DNA from: Cyanobacteria bacterium P01_A01_bin.123
Lineage (GTDB): Bacteria; Cyanobacteriota; Cyanobacteriia; Phormidesmidales; Phormidesmidaceae
Assembly: GCA_039815185.1 (NCBI GenBank)
Contig: JBCBZT010000013.1
Location: 64,001 to 128,000, forward strand
Direction: 5' to 3'
Length of the DNA stretch: 64,000 nt
In this document: piece after piece, positions 49,180 to 58,068 of the stretch
Layout of the letters: every line of letters starts with the position of its first letter
Position numbering within the stretch: the first letter of the stretch is position 1
Made by a program: the position numbers and the translations under genes
Notes under the pieces: generated by a model
Databases searched by the model: none
The model's input: the letters and a program-made list of their open reading frames with translations, nothing else
Told to the model about the DNA's origin: nothing

Positions 49180-50871
49180 ATGGTGTTGCACAACAATCTC
49201 TGTTCAAAACTGAGTACGATTGTGGCCCTTGATGCGGTTGATCAATCGGGCATCGAGTGGAATCAAACCGTCGACCCAGTTGAGCCTGAACCCGCTGAGC
49301 CTGAGACCGCGTCGGCAGCCCCCTTTATCGCTGCTAATGGCGATCGCATTCATCGTCAATCCATTGCTGCCCAACAACAATCTTTGAAGGCAGAAGCTGA
49401 GTGGCAAGCGGGGGTTGCTGCGTTGGATGATTTGCTACGGGGTTGTTTGACCGATAGTCCATCTTCAAATCAGGCTTGTGAATTACAGGGACTGGTGCTG
49501 TCGGGGCCGCTACCCATTTTGGAGACGCCTGCGATCGCAGAACAGTTTTCATCCTGGATGTTCACGACACAGGGATTTGAGGATCGGCAGTTGGTTCAAC
49601 GCCAAATTCAACCCGCAGACTTTTTCCCCTGTGCTGGAGGGCGCGAGCTTCAAATTTTGTCACTGCTCCCGAACGACCCATTGTCGGAGGAGCGCTTTTG
49701 TCTGGCCCTAACACCAAAATTCAGTTTGGTGCTGGTGCTAGGCACCGATGATGAAGGCACAGCCCGATTTCAGTTTTCGTTTTCGCCTGAAACAGTCCAC
49801 CAGATATGGCAGGTGCTGCGATCGCGGGTCGCGCTCACGAGTTCTCATCATCTCTCCCCTTTGGATCGCTTGGTTGAGCAATTTTCCCCCGTAGCGCCCC
49901 ATTATCATCAGGTGGTCACCTTTAGTCGATTATTGCTTAATCACCGTCCAGAAGTTCCCCGGATAGAGATTCCAGGGGTGTCTTCCTATCTGCGTCGGGA
50001 CATGGTCGCAGACCCAGCGACTGTCAACTCCGGGGCGATGCCCAAAATTGATGCGCCTGGCTCAGACGCTAATGTGCCAGCTGGAATGTTGAATAATAGC
50101 AGTCAAGGGCGCTCCCAACAGCCCTCTGCTCCGCGATCCTCCCTTAGTCCTGATGCAGAGCTCTTGCAAGTGATGGCCCACGAGATTCGGACGCCGCTAA
50201 CCACGATTCGAACCCTGGTGCGATCGCTGCTACGCCGGAAAGACTTAGCGACCGCTGTGGCTAAACGGCTAAACGCTATCGATCGAGAATGCACCCAGCA
50301 AATCGATCGCTTTAGCCTGATTTTCAAGGCCGTTGAGCTAGAGGCCGCAAAGTCTAATCGACCGCGATCGCCCCTGACGCTCATTTCCCTGACTCAGGTA
50401 TTTAAAGACTCTATTCCCCAGTGGGAACAGCAGGCAAATCGACGTGGGTTGACTCTAGATGTGACCCTACCGCCCCAGCTACCCATGGTGGCCAGTGATC
50501 CGACTATGCTGACGCAAGTGCTGACAGGGTTAGTTGAACGCTGTACCAATGGCCTAGCACCGAATAGCCATATTCACCTGCAGGTCATGCTGGCTGGCCA
50601 TCAACTCAAACTGCAATTTGCACCCCAAAGCCCCAACGATAGTGAGGCAGGTTCTGCCCGGGGAACCTTTAGTGGATTCCATCGCCCCAGCTTGAGATCA
50701 GTGGGCCAACTGTTGATGTTTCAGCCTGAAACCGGTGGCCTCAGCTTAAACCTAAACGCCACAAAAAATCTGTTCCAGTCTATGGGGGGCAAGTTAATTG
50801 TGCGCAACCATCCCCAACAGGGTGAAGTGCTCACGGTGTTTTTGCCCCTAGAGACGGCGCCTATTGTTTAA
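49180..50871 (+). CDS. hik2: sensor histidine kinase Hik2 (CSK homologue)
   Basis: GLVLSGP, ERFCL, AHEIRTPLTTIRTL, QIDRF.LIF, MFQPETG.LSL.L. Confidence 0.85.
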   Translation: MVLHNNLCSKLSTIVALDAVDQSGIEWNQTVDPVEPEPAEPETASAAPFIAANGDRIHRQSIAAQQQSLKAEAEWQAGVAALDDLLRGCLTDSPSSNQACELQGLVLSGPLPILETPAIAEQFSSWMFTTQGFEDRQLVQRQIQPADFFPCAGGRELQILSLLPNDPLSEERFCLALTPKFSLVLVLGTDDEGTARFQFSFSPETVHQIWQVLRSRVALTSSHHLSPLDRLVEQFSPVAPHYHQVVTFSRLLLNHRPEVPRIEIPGVSSYLRRDMVADPATVNSGAMPKIDAPGSDANVPAGMLNNSSQGRSQQPSAPRSSLSPDAELLQVMAHEIRTPLTTIRTLVRSLLRRKDLATAVAKRLNAIDRECTQQIDRFSLIFKAVELEAAKSNRPRSPLTLISLTQVFKDSIPQWEQQANRRGLTLDVTLPPQLPMVASDPTMLTQVLTGLVERCTNGLAPNSHIHLQVMLAGHQLKLQFAPQSPNDSEAGSARGTFSGFHRPSLRSVGQLLMFQPETGGLSLNLNATKNLFQSMGGKLIVRNHPQQGEVLTVFLPLETAPIV

Positions 50872-50879
50872 ATCGAGAC

Positions 50880-52133
50880 CTACGAAAGCGGTTCAGTCTT
50901 GACTTCAACACTTAGCGATCGCCCGTCTCGCACGCCTTCCAGCGTTAGCGTGTCACCGACGCGGGAGGCAGCCACAAGACGCTGTAAAGCATCGGCGGCG
51001 TCAACGGGTTCACTGTTCACCTGCTGAATTACATCTCCTGGGGTCAACCCAGCGGCGGCGGCAGGAGAATCGGGCATGACTTCTACAATCAGCACGCCTT
51101 CAGTTTCATCGACAGCCAGGTTGAGGTCAGGGGTGTTGTTGATGTCTTGGGTGACTTCAGGTGTGAGGGTGACCATGCGAATGCCCAAATAGGGATGGTT
51201 GGCTTGCCCCGTACTAATAATCTGGTCGGCAATGGCTTTGGCAGTATTAATCGGGACTGAAAATCCAATACCCTGGGCACCTTGGATAATGGCGGTATTC
51301 ATACCCACCACTTCCCCATACTCGTTAAGCAGCGGGCCACCGGAATTACCAGGGTTGATGGCAGTATCGGTTTGAATAAACTCTACACGTCTATCGGGGA
51401 CGCCTACGTCACTACTGTAGCGTCCTGTAGCGCTGACGATCCCAGCAGTGACGGTATTATCAAGCCCTAGGGGATTGCCAATGGCGATCGCCCACTGCCC
51501 GGACACAATTTGATCAGAATCACTCAACGGGACAGTGGGTAAATCAGCTGCCTCAACCTTAACGACGGCCACGTCAGTCAGGGGATCAACACCCAGCACT
51601 GTTCCGTCGAAGCTGCGCCCATCTTTCAACGTAATTTGCACCGTACTGGCGCCGTCTACAACGTGGGCATTCGTCAAAATATGACCATCATTATCAAAAA
51701 CGAAGCCTGACCCAACCCCTTGCTGCATGCGCTCTTGTGGGGGCATAGGCACGGGAGATCGAAAGAACCGCTCCAACCGGGGATCGTTAAATGCGTTGGT
51801 ACCCTGTCGCTGCACCGTTCGTGTGGCGTCAATGCGAACGACAGCAGGCCCAGCGGATTCGATCACCCGACTAATAAAATTGGGATCGCGAATGGTGTCC
51901 TCAACGGTCGGGGCTGGCGCTGATTCTGCTGTTCCAGAGCTTGAAGTTTGGGCTGATTCCAGGCGATTTAAGACAGTATCATTGAGATTAGAAGCTACGT
52001 ATCCCCCAGCCATAGCTAACCCAGCCCCTAACATAACTAACAAAGCTGGGGTCAACCGTTTTTGCCATCGACGACCTAACGGATCGGGTGTGTGTGTGAT
52101 GGCATCGTCTAAGTCACCCGTGCTGGTATTCAC
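50880..52133 (-). CDS. HtrA/HhoA/HhoB family serine protease with PDZ domain
   Basis: GSGF, TNAHV, GNP, INPGNSGGPL. Confidence 0.94.
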   Translation of the reverse strand: MNTSTGDLDDAITHTPDPLGRRWQKRLTPALLVMLGAGLAMAGGYVASNLNDTVLNRLESAQTSSSGTAESAPAPTVEDTIRDPNFISRVIESAGPAVVRIDATRTVQRQGTNAFNDPRLERFFRSPVPMPPQERMQQGVGSGFVFDNDGHILTNAHVVDGASTVQITLKDGRSFDGTVLGVDPLTDVAVVKVEAADLPTVPLSDSDQIVSGQWAIAIGNPLGLDNTVTAGIVSATGRYSSDVGVPDRRVEFIQTDTAINPGNSGGPLLNEYGEVVGMNTAIIQGAQGIGFSVPINTAKAIADQIISTGQANHPYLGIRMVTLTPEVTQDINNTPDLNLAVDETEGVLIVEVMPDSPAAAAGLTPGDVIQQVNSEPVDAADALQRLVAASRVGDTLTLEGVRDGRSLSVEVKTEPLS

Positions 52134-52182
52134 TCAGAAACCTCCTTCATGTTGATGATTTCGTTTCGGGTCAACACCTATT

Positions 52183-52226
52183 ACTCTAGAGACGGGATAT
52201 GACACCGCTGTGATATCGATATGACG
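52183..52226 (-). promoter_or_regulatory. three GTCAT-type direct repeats with 11-bp period plus a -10-like box
   Basis: Minus strand reads CGTCAT-N5-TATCAC-N5-TGTCAT-N10-TAGAGT upstream of the HtrA gene. Confidence 0.5.
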
Positions 52227-52442
52227 GTTTGGCTACAACCTCGTTGCATCAAGGTGTTACCGTACCCGACTAGAGGGGAAACCCGCACCGCGATCGCAGG
52301 TTGTTACAGTTCGGGAAAGTCTGTTGAGTTTCATCTGTAGTGGTGACATTCCCCTCGAACTCCCTCTGAGTTTGGGAATCAAACAAGACTCATTATTGTG
52401 CTAGCTGTAAGTCTTAAAAGTGACCCCTTGAAAGTGACCCCT

Positions 52443-52763
52443 ATGGTGATTGAGTGGCTAAAGTTTCGAGTCGAGTCCGACCATCGCGAAGCCTTTATTC
52501 AGGCTGATGACGCCATTTGGACCACGGCCCTGTCTACCTATCCTGGCTTTTTAGGAAAAGCTATTTGGTTGGCTCCCGATGACCCAGCAGCACTGATTTT
52601 GATTATTCAATGGGCTAGCCGCGCACAGTGGAAAGCCATTCCCGAAGCAGATCTGGCGGTGATTGAACAGCGTTTTGACCAGGCTTTTGAGTTTGACTAT
52701 GACATGATCGAATCTAAAGAGTTTCAGGTTCGTCGGTTCGCCACTGTGCCAGCCCAAACCTAA
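52443..52763 (+). CDS. TIGR03792 family (ABM-like) protein
   Basis: MVIEWLKF.V…D..IWT..L..YPGFLGK. Confidence 0.85.
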   Translation: MVIEWLKFRVESDHREAFIQADDAIWTTALSTYPGFLGKAIWLAPDDPAALILIIQWASRAQWKAIPEADLAVIEQRFDQAFEFDYDMIESKEFQVRRFATVPAQT

Positions 52764-52797
52764 GCTCTCCCCGTACCCTTTTGCCAATTGTTCGGCC

Positions 52798-53148
52798 ATG
52801 CCCAATTGTCCCCATTGTCAACAACCCACAGATAGCCAAGCTGTTCGATGTCCCCACTGTGGCTTGACGCTCAAAGCCTATGGGCATCCCGGCATGACCC
52901 TATATCGAGCTGAAGCGGGGGAAAGCCTGTGCTCCAGTTGCACCTATCATCACGACAACACCTGCAACTTCCCCAAACGCCCCAATGCTAAAGACTGTAC
53001 TCTCTATCAATCGATTGATTCACCTGACTTAGCGGCAGATTTGCAGCCACCGTCTCGGCGGTTCAAGCCCCGTTGGGATCAAGGAACTCTGGTTTGGCTT
53101 ACCTTGGCAGGCTTGCTGTTGGTGAGTCTGTTGATTGCCCTAACTTAA
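52798..53148 (+). CDS. zinc-ribbon protein with C-terminal TM helix
   Basis: CPHC..CPHC, GHPG, CSSC..C..C. Confidence 0.8.
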   Translation: MPNCPHCQQPTDSQAVRCPHCGLTLKAYGHPGMTLYRAEAGESLCSSCTYHHDNTCNFPKRPNAKDCTLYQSIDSPDLAADLQPPSRRFKPRWDQGTLVWLTLAGLLLVSLLIALT

Positions 53149-55114
53149 GGTCAGCGACAGCTTGGGTGTCCTGAATATGGGCTTGGGGCTCGGTGGTGCG
53201 ATCGCCTTTCAACTCAGAATTAACTTCTTCGTAAACTGCCAGATCAAACCAGAAGGTAGTGCCCACGCCCACTTCACTGACCAAATGCACACGGCTATTG
53301 TGCTTATCGATGATATTTTTGACGATGGATAGCCCCAATCCAGTCCCTTCTAGGGTATGCACCCGATTTTCAACGCGAAAGAACCGATCAAAAATGGCGG
53401 CTTGATCTTCCGTGGCAATGCCAATCCCGGTATCTGAAATTTCAACTCGCACAAAGCCAATGCCATCGGGATTGTGGTGCTCTTGGGGGAGTTGATAGGC
53501 CCGCAGCGCCATTTGACCCCCTGGTTCGGTGAATTTGAGGGAGTTCCCAACCAAATTGACAAAGACTTGCAGCAGCAAATCGTAATTGCCCATCACGAAT
53601 GGCAAATTGGGCTCGACGTTATGTTCTAGGGTGATTTGTTTATCTCTGGCGTTGAGTTGATAGGTGCGCAAGGTTTGTTCGATTGGCTGGGTAATATCCA
53701 CTGCTGTGAGCTTATAGAGACGGTTAGATTCCAATCGAGACAGGTCTAACACGTCATTAACCAAGCGCGTGAGCCGATCGGTCTCGTGGTTTGCCGTTTC
53801 TAAGAATTCTTTGCGTTCATGATCGCTGAGGTCTTCCCCGTACTCATGCAGGGTTTCAATGAAAGATTTAATGTTGAACAACGGTGTTCTAAGTTCATGG
53901 GAGACATTGCTGATGAACTGGCTCTTGGCCTCATTTAATGCCACTTCGCGAGTGATATCTTGCACCGTGATGGCAATGCCTTTAACGTTTTCACGGGCCT
54001 GATCACGCACCGTAGCCAGCAAAATACGAATCGTTCGCGGGATCGGGTCGCTTAGGGTGATGCGAAACTCCATCCCTTCTGAATCGCCCTTAGAGGTTTG
54101 GTAGAGGGGACGGGTGAGCACGACCCTAACCGCATTGGGTAGGTGTTGCAGAACCGTCTCCAAAGACAGCTCCTTGCCTTCCCAACCGAAAATGCGGCGG
54201 GCGGCGGGATTCACCAGGACAACGTGCATGTTGGTATCTAACAAAATCGCGCCGTCGGCAATGGTCGAAACCAGGGTTTCTAATTTGGCCTTTTCAGCCG
54301 TGAGTTCTTCAATGTTTTGCTCTTCGTAGCGCTCTAGCCGCTCGGCCATGTCATTGAAGCTGTAGATGAGTTCTCCCAGTTCCCCCCCTAAGGGGATATT
54401 AATGCGTTGCTTGAAGTTGCCCGTCGCAATATTTTTGACGCCCACCAGCAGCTCTTTAATGGGTTGGGTAATGGTGAGGGCATTGAACACCGCCCCTAAA
54501 ATCACCATCACCCAAATCGAGACGAACACGGCCACGGTGACATCACGGGTGAGATGGGAAGACGTGACCACTGTAGGATTTGGGTTGATGCCTAGGGCTA
54601 ATACCCCCAGATACTGCCCTTCATAGTTGAGTGGTACAAACACATCGGTGACTTCCCCGGCGGGGGTAATGTGCTGGCGTACCATGGGTAAATTGGCACT
54701 GCGCACATAATTTTCAGGCAGTTGCATCCGTCGTCGAATGGTCAAAGAATTTTGCACTGCCGCTTCTGAAAAGGGAATGCCAAAAAAGATTTCGCCGTCT
54801 TCATCGGCATAAAGCATGTAGCGGACGCTAGAGGTGCTCTGATAAAAGCTGTATGAAAATCGTGCCAGTTCTGTACGGTCGCCTTCGTACACGAGGGGAG
54901 CAACATTCGCCGCAAGTAACAGCCCCAAATCTCGACCAAACCGGGTGTCATTCAGACGGGCATCTTGCTGAATAGTGTTGACTGCCCAAAAAGTTAACCC
55001 GCTCATAATTAAAGACACCACCAGAGTCGCCCCAGCCATCAGGCGAGTCTGGAGAGTAAAGTCTCCCCACCAGCGGACGATAAGTTCTTTAAGCTTTTTA
55101 AGTAAGGTGATCAA
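53099..55114 (-). CDS. nblS: sensor kinase NblS/Hik33/DspA
   Basis: TM-HAMP-PAS-HisKA-HATPase; FTLQTRLMA, NDTRFGRDLGLLLA, SHELRTPLFNIK; downstream of purD. Confidence 0.94.
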   Translation of the reverse strand: MITLLKKLKELIVRWWGDFTLQTRLMAGATLVVSLIMSGLTFWAVNTIQQDARLNDTRFGRDLGLLLAANVAPLVYEGDRTELARFSYSFYQSTSSVRYMLYADEDGEIFFGIPFSEAAVQNSLTIRRRMQLPENYVRSANLPMVRQHITPAGEVTDVFVPLNYEGQYLGVLALGINPNPTVVTSSHLTRDVTVAVFVSIWVMVILGAVFNALTITQPIKELLVGVKNIATGNFKQRINIPLGGELGELIYSFNDMAERLERYEEQNIEELTAEKAKLETLVSTIADGAILLDTNMHVVLVNPAARRIFGWEGKELSLETVLQHLPNAVRVVLTRPLYQTSKGDSEGMEFRITLSDPIPRTIRILLATVRDQARENVKGIAITVQDITREVALNEAKSQFISNVSHELRTPLFNIKSFIETLHEYGEDLSDHERKEFLETANHETDRLTRLVNDVLDLSRLESNRLYKLTAVDITQPIEQTLRTYQLNARDKQITLEHNVEPNLPFVMGNYDLLLQVFVNLVGNSLKFTEPGGQMALRAYQLPQEHHNPDGIGFVRVEISDTGIGIATEDQAAIFDRFFRVENRVHTLEGTGLGLSIVKNIIDKHNSRVHLVSEVGVGTTFWFDLAVYEEVNSELKGDRTTEPQAHIQDTQAVADLKLGQSTDSPTASLPR

Positions 55115-55183
55115 GGCAGTCTATCTATCGAGCGATCGCGCACGGCTGATACAGCAACGTTAGTCCCTATTGTGGCACGAAGA

Positions 55184-56485
55184 TCAACGCCGCTCGCCCC
55201 TCGCCTCCCTGCTCGCTTCAACCCGATACCCAATATCTCGCCGATAGTAGCTGTGCTCAAACTGGATTTGCGCCACGGCGTGATAGGCATTATCAATTGC
55301 TGCAGCAAAGTTTTCTCCTAATGCCGTCACGCCCAAAACCCGACCCCCGTTGGCTACGACCTGGTTTTCATTGAACCGAGTTCCAGCATGAAACACCATG
55401 GCTCCGCTTTCCTCAGCGACAGCAATACCTGCGATCGCCATCCCTTTGGGATAGGTGTCAGGATATCCTGCCGCCGCCATCACCACACAAGCCGCCGCCT
55501 CTTGCTTCCAAACCAAGGGGGGATAAGCCTCAAGGCGTTTTTGGCAGCAGGCCAACAGGACTTGCTCCAAGGGCATGTCTAGCAGTGGCAGGATCACTTG
55601 GGTTTCTGGATCCCCAAAGCGGCAATTAAATTCAATGACCTTGGGGTCACCGTTAGGGGTAATCATCAATCCGGCATAGATCACGCCGCAGTAATCAATC
55701 TCCCGCTGTTTTAGCGCATCTAGGGTCGGGGCTAAAATCTCCTGCTGAATTCGATCAAGCATTGGGGTGTCGACTACTGGGGTCGGGGCATAAGCACCCA
55801 TACCACCGGTATTGGCCCCGGTATCGCCTTCACCAATAGGTTTGTGGTCTTGGGCAGGGAGCAGCGGGCGAATCGTAATACCATCGGTAATGGCCAATAC
55901 TGACGCCTCTTGACCCACTAAAAATTCTTCTAAGACAACCCGCTGCCCCGCTGCTCCAAAGGCACCCTCAAAGGCAGCCGTGATCGCGGCATTGGCTTCG
56001 GGGACAGTTTGGGCCACAGTTACCCCTTTGCCAGCAGCCAGCCCGTCGGCTTTGACCACAATGGGTGCACCCTGCTCGGCAACATAGGCCAAGGCTGTCT
56101 CTAGGCGAGTAAACACTGCCGCCGCTGCCGTGGGAATATTCGCTTTGGCCATCAGATCCTTAGCCCAAGCTTTGCTCGCTTCCAACTGGGCACCCGCTTG
56201 ACAGGGACCGAACACGGTAATGCCTTTATCCCTGAGAAAGTCAGTGATGCCGTCGGCTAGGGGTTGTTCAGGGCCAATCACCACTAAGGTGATGTTGTTG
56301 ACCAAACAAAACCGGGCAATGCCCTCAAAGTCATCAACAGATAGGGCTAAATTACGGCAGCCTGCGAGTGTTGCGGTGCCTCCATTGCCAGGGACACAAA
56401 TCACAGTGTCGATTGCCTCAGACTGGAGTAATTTCCATGCGATCGCATGTTCTCGCGCCCCACTCCCCACTACCAAAACTTTCAC
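55184..56485 (-). CDS. purD: phosphoribosylamine-glycine ligase
   Basis: GSGAREHA, KADGLAAGKGV, NTGGMGAY, EFNCRFGDPE. Confidence 0.97.
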   Translation of the reverse strand: MKVLVVGSGAREHAIAWKLLQSEAIDTVICVPGNGGTATLAGCRNLALSVDDFEGIARFCLVNNITLVVIGPEQPLADGITDFLRDKGITVFGPCQAGAQLEASKAWAKDLMAKANIPTAAAAVFTRLETALAYVAEQGAPIVVKADGLAAGKGVTVAQTVPEANAAITAAFEGAFGAAGQRVVLEEFLVGQEASVLAITDGITIRPLLPAQDHKPIGEGDTGANTGGMGAYAPTPVVDTPMLDRIQQEILAPTLDALKQREIDYCGVIYAGLMITPNGDPKVIEFNCRFGDPETQVILPLLDMPLEQVLLACCQKRLEAYPPLVWKQEAAACVVMAAAGYPDTYPKGMAIAGIAVAEESGAMVFHAGTRFNENQVVANGGRVLGVTALGENFAAAIDNAYHAVAQIQFEHSYYRRDIGYRVEASREARGERR

Positions 56486-56643
56486 AGTTAGGCATCATCC
56501 CATATCTTGACAGCGCCCATTATTTTCCCACGTTTCGCTAAAGCCGCTCGGAATTCCCTCAATGCCACAGAATTAAGAAGCATTCGGCTCCCTTTAAACT
56601 GAACAGTAGGTTTAAGCATTGGTGTATCTAGAGTCTTCCTTCG

Positions 56644-56676
56644 GCTAAAACTCAAGTTTTCAAATCGGATATGGTT
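56644..56676 (-). repeat. partial copy of the dispersed TIR element
   Basis: Reverse complement contains CCATATCCGATTTGAAAACTTGAG. Confidence 0.7.
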
Positions 56677-56706
56677 GATTTGCCCTAGCTTCCCCGGACA
56701 TAGACT

Positions 56707-57744
56707 ATGACTGAGCCCTCTCTGGTACCTTCCCTAGAAGGTGTAATCCGCAATCCAACACTAGTCTCAATTTTGGTGCCATGCTACAACGAGGAACCTA
56801 ACCTTGACTATTTGTTTGAGCGCTTAGATAAGGTGATGACCCAGGTTGAGATCCCTTATGAAGTGGTTTGTGTGAATGATGGTAGCCGCGATCGCACGCT
56901 GGAAAAACTGATCGAGCACCACCACTGCAACTCAGCGATTAAGGTCGTTAACTTCTCCCGCAACTTTGGTAAAGAAGTCGCCCTCAGTGCTGCCATTGAC
57001 TATGCCAATGGTGATGTGGTCGTCCCCATTGATGCTGACTTACAAGATCCGCCTGAGTTGATTGAGGCGCTGATTGGTAAATGGCAGGAAGGCTATGATG
57101 TGGTTTATGCTACCCGGCGATCGCGCTCTGGCGAGAGTTGGTTCAAAAAGTTCACGGCCGGCGGTTTTTATCGCATCATTGGCCGTATGAGTTCGGTGCC
57201 GATCCCCCCCAATACGGGTGATTTTCGGTTGCTAGATCGGCAGGCGGTGGAAGCCCTCAAGCAACTCCCTGAACGAAACCGATTTATGAAAGGGCTATTT
57301 GCCTGGGTCGGATTTCGCCAAACTGCAATTTTCTATGACCGCGCTGAACGCTACCGGGGCACTACAAAATGGAACTACTGGCGACTGTGGAACTTAGCGG
57401 TTGACGGCATTACGGCCTTTAGCGTAACGCCCCTCAGAATCTGGCTTTACGTCGGCTGCGGAATTTCTGCCCTAGCGCTGGTCTACGCTTCCTTCCTCGT
57501 GATTAGAACCCTGCTCCTAGGCATTGATGTACCGGGCTATGCGTCTTTGATGGTGGCAGTCTTGTTTATGGGGGGTATTCAACTCTTGACTCTAGGTATC
57601 ATTGGAGAATATCTTGGGCGCGTCTATGAAGAAGTCAAAGCCCGCCCTTTATACTTAGTTCGAGAGACCTATGGTTTTGAAATCTCGACTCAAGCCAATC
57701 AAAGCAGTCATCAGACTGCTGTAATAACCCCGGAGAAGACTTGA
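56707..57744 (+). CDS. GT2 polyprenyl-phosphate glycosyltransferase (GtrB/YkoT-like)
   Basis: NDGS.D, SRNFGKE, DADLQDPP, GDFRL, two C-terminal TM helices. Confidence 0.92.
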   Translation: MTEPSLVPSLEGVIRNPTLVSILVPCYNEEPNLDYLFERLDKVMTQVEIPYEVVCVNDGSRDRTLEKLIEHHHCNSAIKVVNFSRNFGKEVALSAAIDYANGDVVVPIDADLQDPPELIEALIGKWQEGYDVVYATRRSRSGESWFKKFTAGGFYRIIGRMSSVPIPPNTGDFRLLDRQAVEALKQLPERNRFMKGLFAWVGFRQTAIFYDRAERYRGTTKWNYWRLWNLAVDGITAFSVTPLRIWLYVGCGISALALVYASFLVIRTLLLGIDVPGYASLMVAVLFMGGIQLLTLGIIGEYLGRVYEEVKARPLYLVRETYGFEISTQANQSSHQTAVITPEKT

Positions 57745-57784
57745 GCTCAAGTCTTCTTGAGTTCAAAGCGAAGTGAAACCTTAA

Positions 57785-57865
57785 CCCTATCCAGATCCAT
57801 TATTCTCCCTAAGCTAAAATTTCCCTTTCGGAGACGCTGCAGAACAGATTTTCAAATCAGATGGG
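57785..57865 (-). repeat. copy of the dispersed TIR element with a different interior
   Basis: Reverse complement reads CCCATCTGATTTGAAAA…TGGATCTGGATAGGG. Confidence 0.7.
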
Positions 57866-58068
57866 CCTTAGGCAATTCACGGAGTTCCGGAAACGTTGAG
57901 AGTTTAGTATTTTTTTATCAAAAAGGCCGGATAGCTTCCGCTAGGGTTGGAGTAACAATATAGGTACTTCGTTATCCCTGGCCTAATGCGATATTAAAAG
58001 CACAGATATACTGGTGAACCCCCGCTGGTTATATCCTGTCCTTAGTTGATTTCGTTGGCGTTCATCCC

